This document shows positions 15,556-24,917 of a DNA stretch of 61,744 nucleotides, one piece after another. The notes beneath the pieces were generated by a model. The model did not search any database. It saw nothing but the letters and a program-made list of their open reading frames with translations, and had not been told where the DNA came from. Positions within the stretch are counted from its first letter, which is position 1. Each line of letters starts with the position of its first letter. The translations under genes were made by a program, and so were the position numbers. The stretch is from Candidatus Limnocylindria bacterium (lineage in GTDB: Bacteria > Chloroflexota > Limnocylindria > QHBO01): contig JASLBU010000234.1 in assembly GCA_030146365.1 (NCBI GenBank), forward strand, positions 1 to 61,744, written 5' to 3'.

Positions 15556-17106
15556 ATGTCGACCATGGAGGGGCATCGACGGAGTGCACGGAACGTCATC
15601 CCGAGGCCGCTGCCTGCGCGGATGATCAGCCCTCGTGTCCTCGCTGTCATCGCCGGGTACCTGCTCCTGCTCGGAACGGTGGCCATCGTGCTGTTCTTCC
15701 CGAACGGCTGGCTTCCGGTCATCCTCGCTGGCGGCGCCACCCTGCTGCTGTCCTTCGATCGCAAGCTCGGCCCACTCCCGGCGGGGCTGTTCGTCATGCT
15801 GGTCCTGCCGGTCGGCCGCGGCAGCGAAGTCGGCTTGCCGCGGATCGTCGGCGACGTCCCGATTCGTGCGCACGACATCGTCCCGTTGGTGGCGGTGGCC
15901 CTGACGCTGCCAGCGATCGCGCGTCGCCTGCGGACCCCCTCGATGATCCCGTGGTCGTCCTTCGTCCCGGTGGCGGTGTTCTCGGGTGTCGGCCTGCTGG
16001 CGCTCGCCATCGGCTTCGCGGGCGACCAGACCATGCGCGACATCGTGCGTGACGCTCGGTGGTGGGCCTTCTACGGGATCGGCTTGGTTGCCCTTCTGGC
16101 CGGCACGCGGCGGCCGGCCATCATGCGGGCGGTGATCTGGGGGCTGACTATCTATGCCGCCGTCCTGCTCATCGCCCTGCTGATGCCGATGTTCAACGGT
16201 GGGCTCAAGTACGGGGCCTACGCGTACGACCCGCGCCTCCGCCTGCATTACGGACAGGCGGTCTTTCTGCTCGTGGCCGTGGCCATGGTCGTGGACCGGT
16301 TCGTTCGTCGCCCGAGCATTTCGCTCGGTGCGACCATTGCGCTCCTCGCTGCGGGAGTCGGCGTCACGCTCACCCGTACGCTCCTTGCCGGCGTGCTGGG
16401 GGTTGGTGTGATGGCTGCGGTGTGGGTCGCGCTCCAGGTAGCTCGGGGCGGAGCGCAAACCGAAATCCGGACGCTTGCCCTGCGGGCCGCGCTGGCGGTG
16501 CTTGCCATCGGCGTCGGGCTGGGGGCAGGCTTTGGCGCCTACCAGGCCGGGATCGGGATCTGGACGCCCGCCTGGGCGTACTCGAGCGATGGCGCCTCCG
16601 GTCCGTCCGGTGCTCCATCGGACACCCGTCCGGTGCGCCCGTCGATCGGGCGGGTGTTCGAAGACACCGAGAACGCCGGTTTCGGGGCACAGGCGGGAGG
16701 ACGGTTCACCTCGTACGGGCTGGCGTTCGCCCAGGCCGCGGAGTCGCCCATCTTCGGCCATGGCATCGGTCAGCCCGCCCGCATCCCCTGGGCCTGGGGT
16801 GGATTTCGCGCCTACACCGCGGGGAGCCAGCCCGGCGTCGACAATGCCTATCTCACCGTCGGGCTCAAGGCGGGCGCGTTGGGCATCGCGGCCTTCGCGG
16901 TCATGGTGCTGTGGCCATTGCGGCAGCTCATGGCATCAGGGCCGCGGCGGATGCGAGGCTGGTTCGTGCCCGCGTGGCTTGCGATCCTGGGCCTGATGCT
17001 GCTGCAGTCCTTCGCAGTCAGCGGCTACGCACCCTTCGTTCTCGCCACGCTCCTCGTGCTACCTGGCCTGCGGTCCGGTCGGGCCCGCAGCACCGTCCCT
17101 CGCTGA
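15556..17106 (+). CDS. Polytopic membrane protein, O-antigen ligase/polymerase (Wzy_C)-like
   Basis: There are many TM helices and a large extracytoplasmic loop. GHGIGQP and VDNAYLTVGLKAGALGIAAFAVMV resemble the O-antigen ligase-like family. Confidence 0.65.
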   Translation: MSTMEGHRRSARNVIPRPLPARMISPRVLAVIAGYLLLLGTVAIVLFFPNGWLPVILAGGATLLLSFDRKLGPLPAGLFVMLVLPVGRGSEVGLPRIVGDVPIRAHDIVPLVAVALTLPAIARRLRTPSMIPWSSFVPVAVFSGVGLLALAIGFAGDQTMRDIVRDARWWAFYGIGLVALLAGTRRPAIMRAVIWGLTIYAAVLLIALLMPMFNGGLKYGAYAYDPRLRLHYGQAVFLLVAVAMVVDRFVRRPSISLGATIALLAAGVGVTLTRTLLAGVLGVGVMAAVWVALQVARGGAQTEIRTLALRAALAVLAIGVGLGAGFGAYQAGIGIWTPAWAYSSDGASGPSGAPSDTRPVRPSIGRVFEDTENAGFGAQAGGRFTSYGLAFAQAAESPIFGHGIGQPARIPWAWGGFRAYTAGSQPGVDNAYLTVGLKAGALGIAAFAVMVLWPLRQLMASGPRRMRGWFVPAWLAILGLMLLQSFAVSGYAPFVLATLLVLPGLRSGRARSTVPR

Positions 17107-18606
17107 GACTGCGATCGGTTCTCGAGCCCACCCGAAGCCTCGCAGGGGTGGAGCCAAGAGTGAGGCGATCCCGATCACCATCCACACCACGACGCCGGGG
17201 AAGTTCCCTTCGAAGATCATCTCGGTCATGTTGTTGACCGTGACGACCGAGATCGCGGCGGCTGTCCCCGCGAGCAGCGTCCGCCGGCGCGGATCTCCTT
17301 CGGCGAGGGCGGCACGCACGAATCGGAGCCACAGCAGGAAGATGGCGGCCACGAAGACCAGACCGCCGATCACTCCCACCTCGCCGAAGAGATGCAGCCA
17401 GAAGTTGTGGATGGTCCGGAAGCCGTAGAGGCCGGCGCCGTACTCCTCGTACACCGGAGACGGGACGATGGCCGAGGCAGCCCCGCCATATCGGCCCGGT
17501 CCCACGCCGAGCCAGGGGTTGTCGAGGACGATCGGTATCCCCTCGCGGATGAACCGCATTCGCAGGTCACGCCGCTCGTAGACCTCGTCCAGCCGGTCGA
17601 TGGTGGAGTCGATGATGCTCGGCGTCCCGGTCTCCGGGAAGTAGATCGGCAGGTCCGCCTCGGCGACGAGCAGGTTGCGCGGCATGACGATCGTCACCAC
17701 CCAGGCAACGCCGACGGCGATGATCAGCGTCCGCAGCGCTCGCCAATCGAGCACAAGCAGGCTCACGACCAGGCCGACCACGACGGCCAACCACGCTCCT
17801 CGGGAGAACGTCAGCAGCAACGCTACGCAAAAGACGACCAGGGTGCCGAACGCCATCCAGCGACCCCGGTCGGTGACCAAGTGGCGCGATGCGAAGAGAG
17901 GAAACGGCAGAGTGAATCCGACCACGGCCGCGACCATGTTCGGGTTGCCGAGAAAGGAGGTGATCCTGCCTCCCTCGCCGAAGCGCCCCGCGAACGAGGC
18001 GAGCCCGAGCAGGTTGGGGTGCAGGACCACCTGCAGGATGCCGGTCACCGCCGCGAATAGCGCCACGGCCACGACCGCCGTGATGGCAGCTGTCGCCTGT
18101 CGCTGCGTGGTCGGCACCATGCGCGCGATGAAATACACGGCGACTGCGTCGACCGTCATGACGATTCCGAGCAGCGCCACCCGCGGCGGGGTGGCATTCA
18201 CCAGCGCCGATACGATCGCGATCACCACGAAGAGCGACATGAACCAGAGGAGCGGGTCGCGAAGAGCGCTCCAGAAGGTGCCACGCCGGACCGCCGCTAC
18301 CGTGACGACGGTGCCTGTGACCGCCAGCATCGGCTCGCTGGCTCCGATCGGGCCGATCTCGATGCTCGCCGGCAGCACGGTGCGAAGGAGCACTGTGTCG
18401 AACAGCACGAAGAGGGCGGAGACCACCAGGGTCGGAAGAGGCCAGCGATGGGCCGAGTACGCGAGGAGTGCCAGGGCGGCGGCGGCGACGATGGCGAACA
18501 CCGGCCACGCGACCCATGCACCCGCCACGGTGGCCGCGAAGAGTGCGATGGCGCCGAGCGCGACATGAGAGGGGTGCGGGTCGAAGCGATGGACCGAGCT
18601 CGTCAT
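17059..18606 (-). CDS. O-antigen ligase / polymerase family membrane protein (Wzy_C)
   Basis: TFSRGAWLAVVVGLVV is the SRGAW core of Wzy_C. GVGPGRYG and HNFWLHLFGEVGVIGGLVFV also fit. The 3' end overlaps the convergent Wzy-like gene by 48 nt. Confidence 0.75.
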   Translation of the reverse strand: MTSSVHRFDPHPSHVALGAIALFAATVAGAWVAWPVFAIVAAAALALLAYSAHRWPLPTLVVSALFVLFDTVLLRTVLPASIEIGPIGASEPMLAVTGTVVTVAAVRRGTFWSALRDPLLWFMSLFVVIAIVSALVNATPPRVALLGIVMTVDAVAVYFIARMVPTTQRQATAAITAVVAVALFAAVTGILQVVLHPNLLGLASFAGRFGEGGRITSFLGNPNMVAAVVGFTLPFPLFASRHLVTDRGRWMAFGTLVVFCVALLLTFSRGAWLAVVVGLVVSLLVLDWRALRTLIIAVGVAWVVTIVMPRNLLVAEADLPIYFPETGTPSIIDSTIDRLDEVYERRDLRMRFIREGIPIVLDNPWLGVGPGRYGGAASAIVPSPVYEEYGAGLYGFRTIHNFWLHLFGEVGVIGGLVFVAAIFLLWLRFVRAALAEGDPRRRTLLAGTAAAISVVTVNNMTEMIFEGNFPGVVVWMVIGIASLLAPPLRGFGWAREPIAVSARDGAAGPTGPQAR

Positions 18607-18729
18607 GGCGGTGCGGGACTCTGCTCTTTCACGGTCCGTCCGCCAGGGACATAGGCTCGAATTCCCTGATCGACTCGGGCTTCGCGGTATGCCGAACCGG
18701 ACCACGGCCATTGTAGAGAACCCGGTGGA

Positions 18730-19782
18730 TCACGGCCGCTCCAGGAGGCCGAGGACAGTCCGCGCGCGCACCCGCCAGGACGAGCGGACGGCGGCATCGT
18801 TCGCGTTCGCCGACCAGCGATCCAGCAGGCCGGCGTCGGCTTCCACGACTCGCGTGATCCCGCGGGCCAGCGCCGGCACCTCATCCGCCACGACGATTCC
18901 TGCATCGGCCTCCCGGACGATGCGTGCCTGCTCTGTGCAGTCGGTCACGATGAGCGGGCGCCCGTAGCTGAGGTACTCCATCACCTTGATCGGCACCGCC
19001 AAATCGTTGTAGGGGCTCCGCAGGCGCGGCTGGACGGTGGCGATCACATCCGGAAGCAGCTCTCGGATCCCGGCCCCGGAGGTGTGCTCGACGCGGATCC
19101 ACGGAGCCAGGGGTTCTGGAGGCTCCTCACCCGGACGTGAGACGCAGACCAGCTCGACCTGGTGGCCCGCGGCACGGACGCGCTCGATCGCACCGAGCAG
19201 GAGGTCCAGGCCGTGGACCGGATAGCGCATCGCCCCCACGAAGAGAAGGGCCCTCGCCCCGGGCCGCCGTTCCGTGCCGGCGGGCGCGGGACTTCCCGGC
19301 GGAACCAGGACGGGATCCGGGTCGCGGTCGCCGACCGCCCGGGCGAGGCCGATCGACGGGTACGCCGCTCGGGTCGAGACCCGTCGAAGTGCGCCGATGG
19401 CTGGCCGGAAGAGTGCGCGCGCCACGCGCCGTTTCAGGGAGGTGAGCGGGTAATACTCCTCGAACAGGTGCTGCGCATCGCGGATGTACGTCACCACCGG
19501 GATCCCCAACGCTCGCGCGAGCGCGAGGAACGCAATGTCCGTTTCAGAGGGCAGTGTCGAGCTGTTCTCGACGTAGATGCCTTTCAAGCCGCGAAGCCGC
19601 CCCCCTACGGCATAACGCGCCAGCGCTGCCCGACGCGGGCCTCGCTCCGCGGCGATGACATCCAGGTCGGCCAGCGTGGCCAACTGGTCGCGCAGATTGG
19701 TGATCCGGGCGACGGGTCCCCACACCCCTCGGTCGAGTGGGTACATCGAGATCAGCAGAATGCGCCGGTTGCGCCGAGACAT
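18730..19782 (-). CDS. Glycosyltransferase (GT-B, GT1/GT4-like)
   Basis: The start RRILLISMYPLDRGVWGPVARI is followed by the C-terminal nucleotide-sugar domain PIKVMEYLSYGRPLIVTD. TATGCT lies 6 nt upstream of the ATG at 19782. Confidence 0.7.
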   Translation of the reverse strand: MSRRNRRILLISMYPLDRGVWGPVARITNLRDQLATLADLDVIAAERGPRRAALARYAVGGRLRGLKGIYVENSSTLPSETDIAFLALARALGIPVVTYIRDAQHLFEEYYPLTSLKRRVARALFRPAIGALRRVSTRAAYPSIGLARAVGDRDPDPVLVPPGSPAPAGTERRPGARALLFVGAMRYPVHGLDLLLGAIERVRAAGHQVELVCVSRPGEEPPEPLAPWIRVEHTSGAGIRELLPDVIATVQPRLRSPYNDLAVPIKVMEYLSYGRPLIVTDCTEQARIVREADAGIVVADEVPALARGITRVVEADAGLLDRWSANANDAAVRSSWRVRARTVLGLLERP

Positions 19783-19788
19783 TGGCCG

Positions 19789-19794
19789 AGCATA
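19789..19794 (-). promoter_or_regulatory. Candidate -10 box TATGCT (leaderless GT gene)
   Basis: The hexamer ends 6 nt upstream of the ATG at 19782. Confidence 0.3.
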
Positions 19795-19851
19795 CTTCGA
19801 TGGACGGTCGCCACCGACCGGCGCCCCCGCGGCCAGCCCGGTACCGACGGC

Positions 19852-19857
19852 TAGAAT
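19852..19857 (+). promoter_or_regulatory. Candidate -10 box TAGAAT for a leaderless wzx-pse operon transcript
   Basis: The hexamer ends 7 nt upstream of the GTG at 19865. That GTG gives an N-terminus collinear with the paralogous flippase at 54676. Confidence 0.4.
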
Positions 19858-19864
19858 CCGGCCG

Positions 19865-21334
19865 GTGAGCCTTCGACGCCTGCTTCGGGAGTCGACCCTG
19901 TACAGCATCGGCAATATCGCTCCGAAGCTCGGAGCGTTCCTGCTGCTGCCCGTCTACGTGCGGTTCCTCTCGCAGGCTGACTACGGGGCACTTGCCCTCC
20001 TGACCTCGGTGGCTGGCGTCCTGGGCATCGTCTATCACCTGGGAACGGACGCGGCGCTGATGCGCCTCCACTTCGATCGGTCAGGGCGCGACCAGGCACG
20101 CCTGTACAGCACCGTGACGATCTTCTCCATGGCCATGGCCGGCGGTCTGACGCTGCTGCTCACGGTCGCCGTTGGCCCGTTCTTCCAGGAGCTGTTCGCC
20201 GGGACCCCATTCATCCCCCTGGGACTCCTCGCGCTCCTGCTGGCGGCCGTCGGGTCGATCACCTACGTTCCCTCGACGCTCTATCGCGCCACAGGCCAGG
20301 CGGCCCGATTCCTCCGCCTGAACGTGGGGTCGTTCGTCATCAGCAGCACCATCTCGGTTGTCCTGGTGACGGTGTTCGGCTTCGGCGCCGCAGGGGTCCT
20401 CACCGGCCAACTGATCGCCACCACGGGGGTGATGATCGTCGCCCTGGTGGTCGTCAGCAGGATGGGTGCGTGGACGTTCGACGGGCGCACCCTCCGCGGC
20501 GCCCTGGCATTGGGCCTCCCCATGCTTCCCCATGCGCTGTCGGCATGGGCGCTTCGACTCGCGGATCGCTGGCTGATCGCAGTCTTCATCGGGGTCTCCG
20601 CGCTGGAGGCGCGTGCCCAGGTCGGCGTGTATGCCGTTGGTTACCAGCTCGGCTACGTCGTTGGCATCGCCATCACCTCGTTCAATGCGGCGTGGTCGCC
20701 GTACTTCTTCCGCATCGGCTATCGACCCTCCGCACCCGAGCTGTACAAACAGATGACGTCGGTCGTCATCGGTGGCTTCCTGGTGATCGCGGTCGGCGTC
20801 TCATCGCTCGCTCCCGAGATCGTCGCCGTCGTCGCTCGTCCCGGCTACGAGCCGGCCGCTGACGTGATGCCGTTGATCGCGTTCGCCTCCATCTTCCAGG
20901 GGCTGTACGTGATGTTCGTCACGGTCGTCTTCCTCACGAAGCGGACGGGTCCCCTGGCGTTCATCACCTTCTCCGCGGCTACCTTGAATGTCGGGGCCAA
21001 CGCGCTGCTGATCCCCCGGTTCGGGATCATGGGGGCAGCCTGGGCGACTCTTCTCGCATATGCCGGGTTCGCCGCCGGCACGTATCTGCTGGCGCGGCGG
21101 CAATATCCGATGCGGATAGATTGGGCGCGGTTGGTCGTCCTGGGGCTGACCGCCGCAGCATCCGTGCTGCTCGCCAGGACGCTCGCGCCGAACGCGTCGG
21201 TCACAAACGCGGCAGCCCACGCCGGCGTCTGGATCGCCTACGCGTGCGTCGCGACAGCCGTCTGTGCAGCTCCGGTGCGCCGGCTGCGGATCCTCTCGCG
21301 GGACGTGGGAGCGGAGGTTCCGGCCGCGCCATGA
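19865..21334 (+). CDS. wzx: Polysaccharide flippase, MOP/PST (Wzx) family
   Basis: SIGNIAPKLGAFLLLPVYVRFLSQADYGALALL is the typical Wzx N-terminus, and the protein has about 12-14 hydrophobic helices. It is paralogous to 53207..54676, which reads ANLLPRAGAFLLLPIYARFLSQADFG. Confidence 0.8.
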   Translation: MSLRRLLRESTLYSIGNIAPKLGAFLLLPVYVRFLSQADYGALALLTSVAGVLGIVYHLGTDAALMRLHFDRSGRDQARLYSTVTIFSMAMAGGLTLLLTVAVGPFFQELFAGTPFIPLGLLALLLAAVGSITYVPSTLYRATGQAARFLRLNVGSFVISSTISVVLVTVFGFGAAGVLTGQLIATTGVMIVALVVVSRMGAWTFDGRTLRGALALGLPMLPHALSAWALRLADRWLIAVFIGVSALEARAQVGVYAVGYQLGYVVGIAITSFNAAWSPYFFRIGYRPSAPELYKQMTSVVIGGFLVIAVGVSSLAPEIVAVVARPGYEPAADVMPLIAFASIFQGLYVMFVTVVFLTKRTGPLAFITFSAATLNVGANALLIPRFGIMGAAWATLLAYAGFAAGTYLLARRQYPMRIDWARLVVLGLTAAASVLLARTLAPNASVTNAAAHAGVWIAYACVATAVCAAPVRRLRILSRDVGAEVPAAP

Positions 21335-22806
21335 GGGGCGACGAGCAGTCCGCTCGCGAGCGGGCCAGGAATCTGATCGACGCACTGCCGGATCGCATCC
21401 TGGCTGCGCTGAGGTGGCGGGACATCGACCTGACCGCGGCCGCCGAGCACCTCCTGTATACGGCCATCCTTCGCCCCGGCGCCTCGCCGAAGCGTCAAAT
21501 GACGGCAGTCCATTCCGCTGCGCGAGCCGCGAATGCCGGCGTGGCCGCACTCCGCCACGGCCCGCGCACCAAGCCCAGCGATCGGGTCGATGTCATTGCC
21601 CTGGTAACCCAGCCGATCCACGCCGAGCTGTTCGCCCAGATCGAACGTGAGCTCGCGAAACGCGGAGCCCACTCGCTCGTCGTGGATGCTGAGACTCGGA
21701 AGGGCAGATCCGTCCGCGGGGCACAGGCCCGAATGGCCGGCGCACTCCAGCCATCGGCCATCCCATCACTCATGGCGCATGCGATCGATACGGCGTGGAG
21801 ACTGTCGAGTGCGCCAGATGCCTGGTCGACTCATGTGCCCGAGCGGGAGGTTGATCGGCTCTGGGCGCTGCTCGCTCGGGGCATTCCCATTCTGGCCCTG
21901 GACGCTGCCCGAGTCGACGGGTTGCTGTCACGGCACCGACCCGGCGTCGTCGCGTGCTTCAGTGAGTCTGGTCAGCTGGCCCGCATCGTTCCCGCGGTTG
22001 GGCGCACGCTCCACATCCCGGTGGTGGACCTGCCGCACGCTGAGGCGGCCGACCCATGGGGCAGCGCTGGTCTGGCGTACGACGCGGTCGCCGTCTATGG
22101 GCCACGCGCGGCGGAGATCATGCGCCTGGCGGGCGTGGCAACCGAGCGAATCCGCCAGATCGGGCCTCTCCGGCACGACGCGCTGGTGGCCAAGGAAGAC
22201 GCCGAGCCCCCGGACGATCCCCGCCGTGTGCTGTTCGCGGCACAGCCGACGGATGAGGACCACCCCGCTCTACGGAGCGCAATTCAGCGCACAGCGATGG
22301 AGGCTGCGGTTGCGGTCACCGCGCAACTCGAGCCGGCGGAGCTGATCGTCCTTCCCCATCCGACACAGCACCCGCGCGCCGTGGAGGAACTCCTCGGGTC
22401 GATCCAGCGCCCTCCGGGCATGGCCGCCCGTGTCGAGCGAGACGGCTCCCTGCACACATGGCTCGCACAGGCGTGGCTCCTGGTCACCGCGTCATCCCAG
22501 AGCGTCTTCGATGCGGTTCTCGCGGGGGTGCCGGCCATGACGGTCACTCCGACCGGCATCATTGACCCGGTGACCTTCGCGCACGATGGGATCGCGCTCG
22601 GCGTCGGGAGCGCCGAAGCCGCCGCGGAAGCAGCGAATCAGCTGCGCGGGCGAACTGCCCGGGACGACCTCCTCGCCGGACAGCGCGCGGCCCTTGGCGG
22701 CCGCATCGGGCTCCTCGACGGTCGTGCTGCCGAACGTGCCGCGATGTGGCTTCTGGAAGTCAGCGGTGCGGAGTGGCCCCGCGGCACTACAATCGGCCGC
22801 CAATGA
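21331..22806 (+). CDS. Uncharacterised GT-B-like protein; candidate CMP-sugar / TagF-like transferase
   Basis: This 491-aa soluble-looking protein is coupled by ATGA overlaps to wzx (upstream) and pseB (downstream). The C-terminal half has LIVLPHPTQHP followed by TASSQSVFDAVLAGVPAMTV. That is reminiscent of the HP and SS motifs of TagF-like and bacterial sialyl/Kdo-type transferases. No family can be assigned by eye. Confidence 0.5.
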   Translation: MRGDEQSARERARNLIDALPDRILAALRWRDIDLTAAAEHLLYTAILRPGASPKRQMTAVHSAARAANAGVAALRHGPRTKPSDRVDVIALVTQPIHAELFAQIERELAKRGAHSLVVDAETRKGRSVRGAQARMAGALQPSAIPSLMAHAIDTAWRLSSAPDAWSTHVPEREVDRLWALLARGIPILALDAARVDGLLSRHRPGVVACFSESGQLARIVPAVGRTLHIPVVDLPHAEAADPWGSAGLAYDAVAVYGPRAAEIMRLAGVATERIRQIGPLRHDALVAKEDAEPPDDPRRVLFAAQPTDEDHPALRSAIQRTAMEAAVAVTAQLEPAELIVLPHPTQHPRAVEELLGSIQRPPGMAARVERDGSLHTWLAQAWLLVTASSQSVFDAVLAGVPAMTVTPTGIIDPVTFAHDGIALGVGSAEAAAEAANQLRGRTARDDLLAGQRAALGGRIGLLDGRAAERAAMWLLEVSGAEWPRGTTIGRQ

Positions 22807-23777
22807 GCATTCTCGACGGTCGGTCTCTGCTCGTCACCGGAGGAACCGGCTCGTTCGGCAAGCGGTTCCTCCGCACCGTTCTCGACGAGACGGACGTCCG
22901 ACGGGTCATCGTCTTCAGTCGCGACGAGCTGAAGCAGTACGAGATGCAGCAGCTGTACCCCGGAGAAGGAAGGCTGCGGTTCTTCCTCGGGGACGTACGG
23001 GACCGCGATCGCCTGTATCGCGCCTTCCACGGCGTCGACTTCGTGGTGCATGCCGCAGCCCTCAAACAGGTACCCGCCGCCGAGTACAACCCGTTCGAAG
23101 CGGTCAAGACCAACGTTCACGGTGCTCAGAACGTGATCGATGCCGCAATCGACTGCGGTGTGGAGCGGGTCGTGGCTCTCTCGACCGACAAGGCGTGCAG
23201 CCCGATCAATCTGTACGGCGCCACGAAGCTGGTCAGCGACAAGCTGTTCGTGAACGGCAATGCCTACTCGGCCGGCCGGGGAACCCGCTTTTCCGTCGTT
23301 CGGTATGGAAACGTCGTCGGAAGCCGCGGGAGCGTCGTGCCCTTCTTCCGGCAGCTGGCTCCTTCCGGGGTTCTCCCGATCACGGACGAGCGGATGACTC
23401 GGTTCTGGATCACCCTGCAGCAGGGCGTTCAGTTCGTGCTGAGCTCGCTCGAGAGGATGCACGGCGGGGAGCTGTTCGTGCCGAAGATTCCGAGCATGCG
23501 CGTCGTCGACCTCGCGGCGGCCATGGCACCCGGGGCGAGACTGGAGATGGTGGGGATCCGCCCGGGGGAGAAGCTGCACGAGGAGATGATCAGCGCCAGC
23601 GACGCGCGCTCTACCGTCGACGCCGGGGAGTACTACGTCATACAGCCGGAGCTGGACTTCTGGCCGGAGGGACGAACAGTTGGCTCACCCATTCCCGAAG
23701 GCTTCTCCTATGCAAGCGACACGAATGACCGCTGGCTCAGCGTGGACGAGCTGAGACACATGATCGCGGATGCCTGA
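22803..23777 (+). CDS. pseB: UDP-N-acetylglucosamine 4,6-dehydratase (inverting), PseB/FlaA1 type
   Basis: LLVTGGTGSFGKRF, VIVFSRDELKQ, GDVRD, HAAALKQVP.AEYNP.EAVKTNV.G..NVI.A and ALSTDKA..P.NLYGATKL are diagnostic. Confidence 0.9.
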   Translation: MSILDGRSLLVTGGTGSFGKRFLRTVLDETDVRRVIVFSRDELKQYEMQQLYPGEGRLRFFLGDVRDRDRLYRAFHGVDFVVHAAALKQVPAAEYNPFEAVKTNVHGAQNVIDAAIDCGVERVVALSTDKACSPINLYGATKLVSDKLFVNGNAYSAGRGTRFSVVRYGNVVGSRGSVVPFFRQLAPSGVLPITDERMTRFWITLQQGVQFVLSSLERMHGGELFVPKIPSMRVVDLAAAMAPGARLEMVGIRPGEKLHEEMISASDARSTVDAGEYYVIQPELDFWPEGRTVGSPIPEGFSYASDTNDRWLSVDELRHMIADA

Positions 23778-24915
23778 CCCGATTCCCTATGGCCGCCAGT
23801 GGATCGACGAGGACGACATTGCTGCCGTCACCGAGGTGCTGCGAAACGACTTCCTGACGACCGGGCCGGCGGTCCCGGCATTCGAAGCCGCGCTGACCGA
23901 GTTCACCGGTGCCCATCACGCCGTCGCGGTCAACTCCGGTACGGCCGCCCTGCACGCCATGTATTTCGCGGCCGGCATCGGACCCGGTGACGAGGTGATC
24001 ACGTCACCGCTCACCTTCGCGGCCACCGCCAACGCCGCGCTCTACCTCGGCGCGACAGTTCGCTTCGCTGATGTTGAGCCGGCTACGGGCAACATCGACC
24101 CGGCCGCCGCCGCCGCGCAGGTGACCGATCGAACTCGAGCCGTCGTGGCCATCGACTTCGCGGGCCAGCCGGCGGACTACGACGCGCTGCGTTCGGCCAT
24201 CGGCTCACGTGACATCGCTGTTCTCGCCGATGCGGCCCATTCCCTCGGCGCAACCGACGGCGGCCGACCCGTCGGGACCCTGGCCGATGCGAGCGCGCTC
24301 AGTTTCCACCCGGTCAAGCCGATCACGACGGCCGAGGGCGGTGCGGTGCTCACGGATGATTCGCAGCTTGCCGGACGCGCCGCTCGCTTTCGCACACATG
24401 GGATCACCCGTGACCCGGGAGAGATGCTGAATCCAGACGTCGGCGGCTGGTCCAACGAGCAGCATGACCTCGGCTTCAACTACCGCCTCACCGACGTGCA
24501 GGCCGCGCTGGGCCGCAGCCAACTGCGGCGCCTCGACGCGTTCATCGCCCGGCGGCGAGAGATTGCAGCGCGCTACGACGCGGCCTTTGCCGAGGTCGAG
24601 GGGATTCAATCTCCCAGCGTTCGGGCGGGCGTGGAGCCCGGTTGGCACCTGTACGTCGTGCTCGTCCGGGAGGCTCACCGGCGTCGTGCCTTCTTCGACC
24701 GCCTCCGGGCAGAGGGCCTCGGAGTTCAGGTCCACTACGTTCCGGTCTATCTGCATCCGTACTACCGAAGCCTCGGCTTCAACCCCGGCCTATGCCCCGC
24801 TTCCGAGGACTACTACTCCCGTGCGGTAAGTCTGCCCGTGTTTCCACGGCTCTCGGATGACGAGGTGGACTCCGTGATCGAACGGGTCAGTCGGGCAGCG
24901 TCGGACGTCCTCTGA
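23770..24915 (+). CDS. pseC: UDP-4-amino-4,6-dideoxy-N-acetyl-beta-L-altrosamine transaminase (DegT/DnrJ/EryC1; PseC-like)
   Basis: PYGRQWIDEDDIAAV, NSGTAALH, and the PLP-Lys region SFHPVKPITTAEGG fit the family. Its position between pseB and pseF supports the call. Confidence 0.85.
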   Translation: MPDPIPYGRQWIDEDDIAAVTEVLRNDFLTTGPAVPAFEAALTEFTGAHHAVAVNSGTAALHAMYFAAGIGPGDEVITSPLTFAATANAALYLGATVRFADVEPATGNIDPAAAAAQVTDRTRAVVAIDFAGQPADYDALRSAIGSRDIAVLADAAHSLGATDGGRPVGTLADASALSFHPVKPITTAEGGAVLTDDSQLAGRAARFRTHGITRDPGEMLNPDVGGWSNEQHDLGFNYRLTDVQAALGRSQLRRLDAFIARRREIAARYDAAFAEVEGIQSPSVRAGVEPGWHLYVVLVREAHRRRAFFDRLRAEGLGVQVHYVPVYLHPYYRSLGFNPGLCPASEDYYSRAVSLPVFPRLSDDEVDSVIERVSRAASDVL

Positions 24916-24917
24916 CA

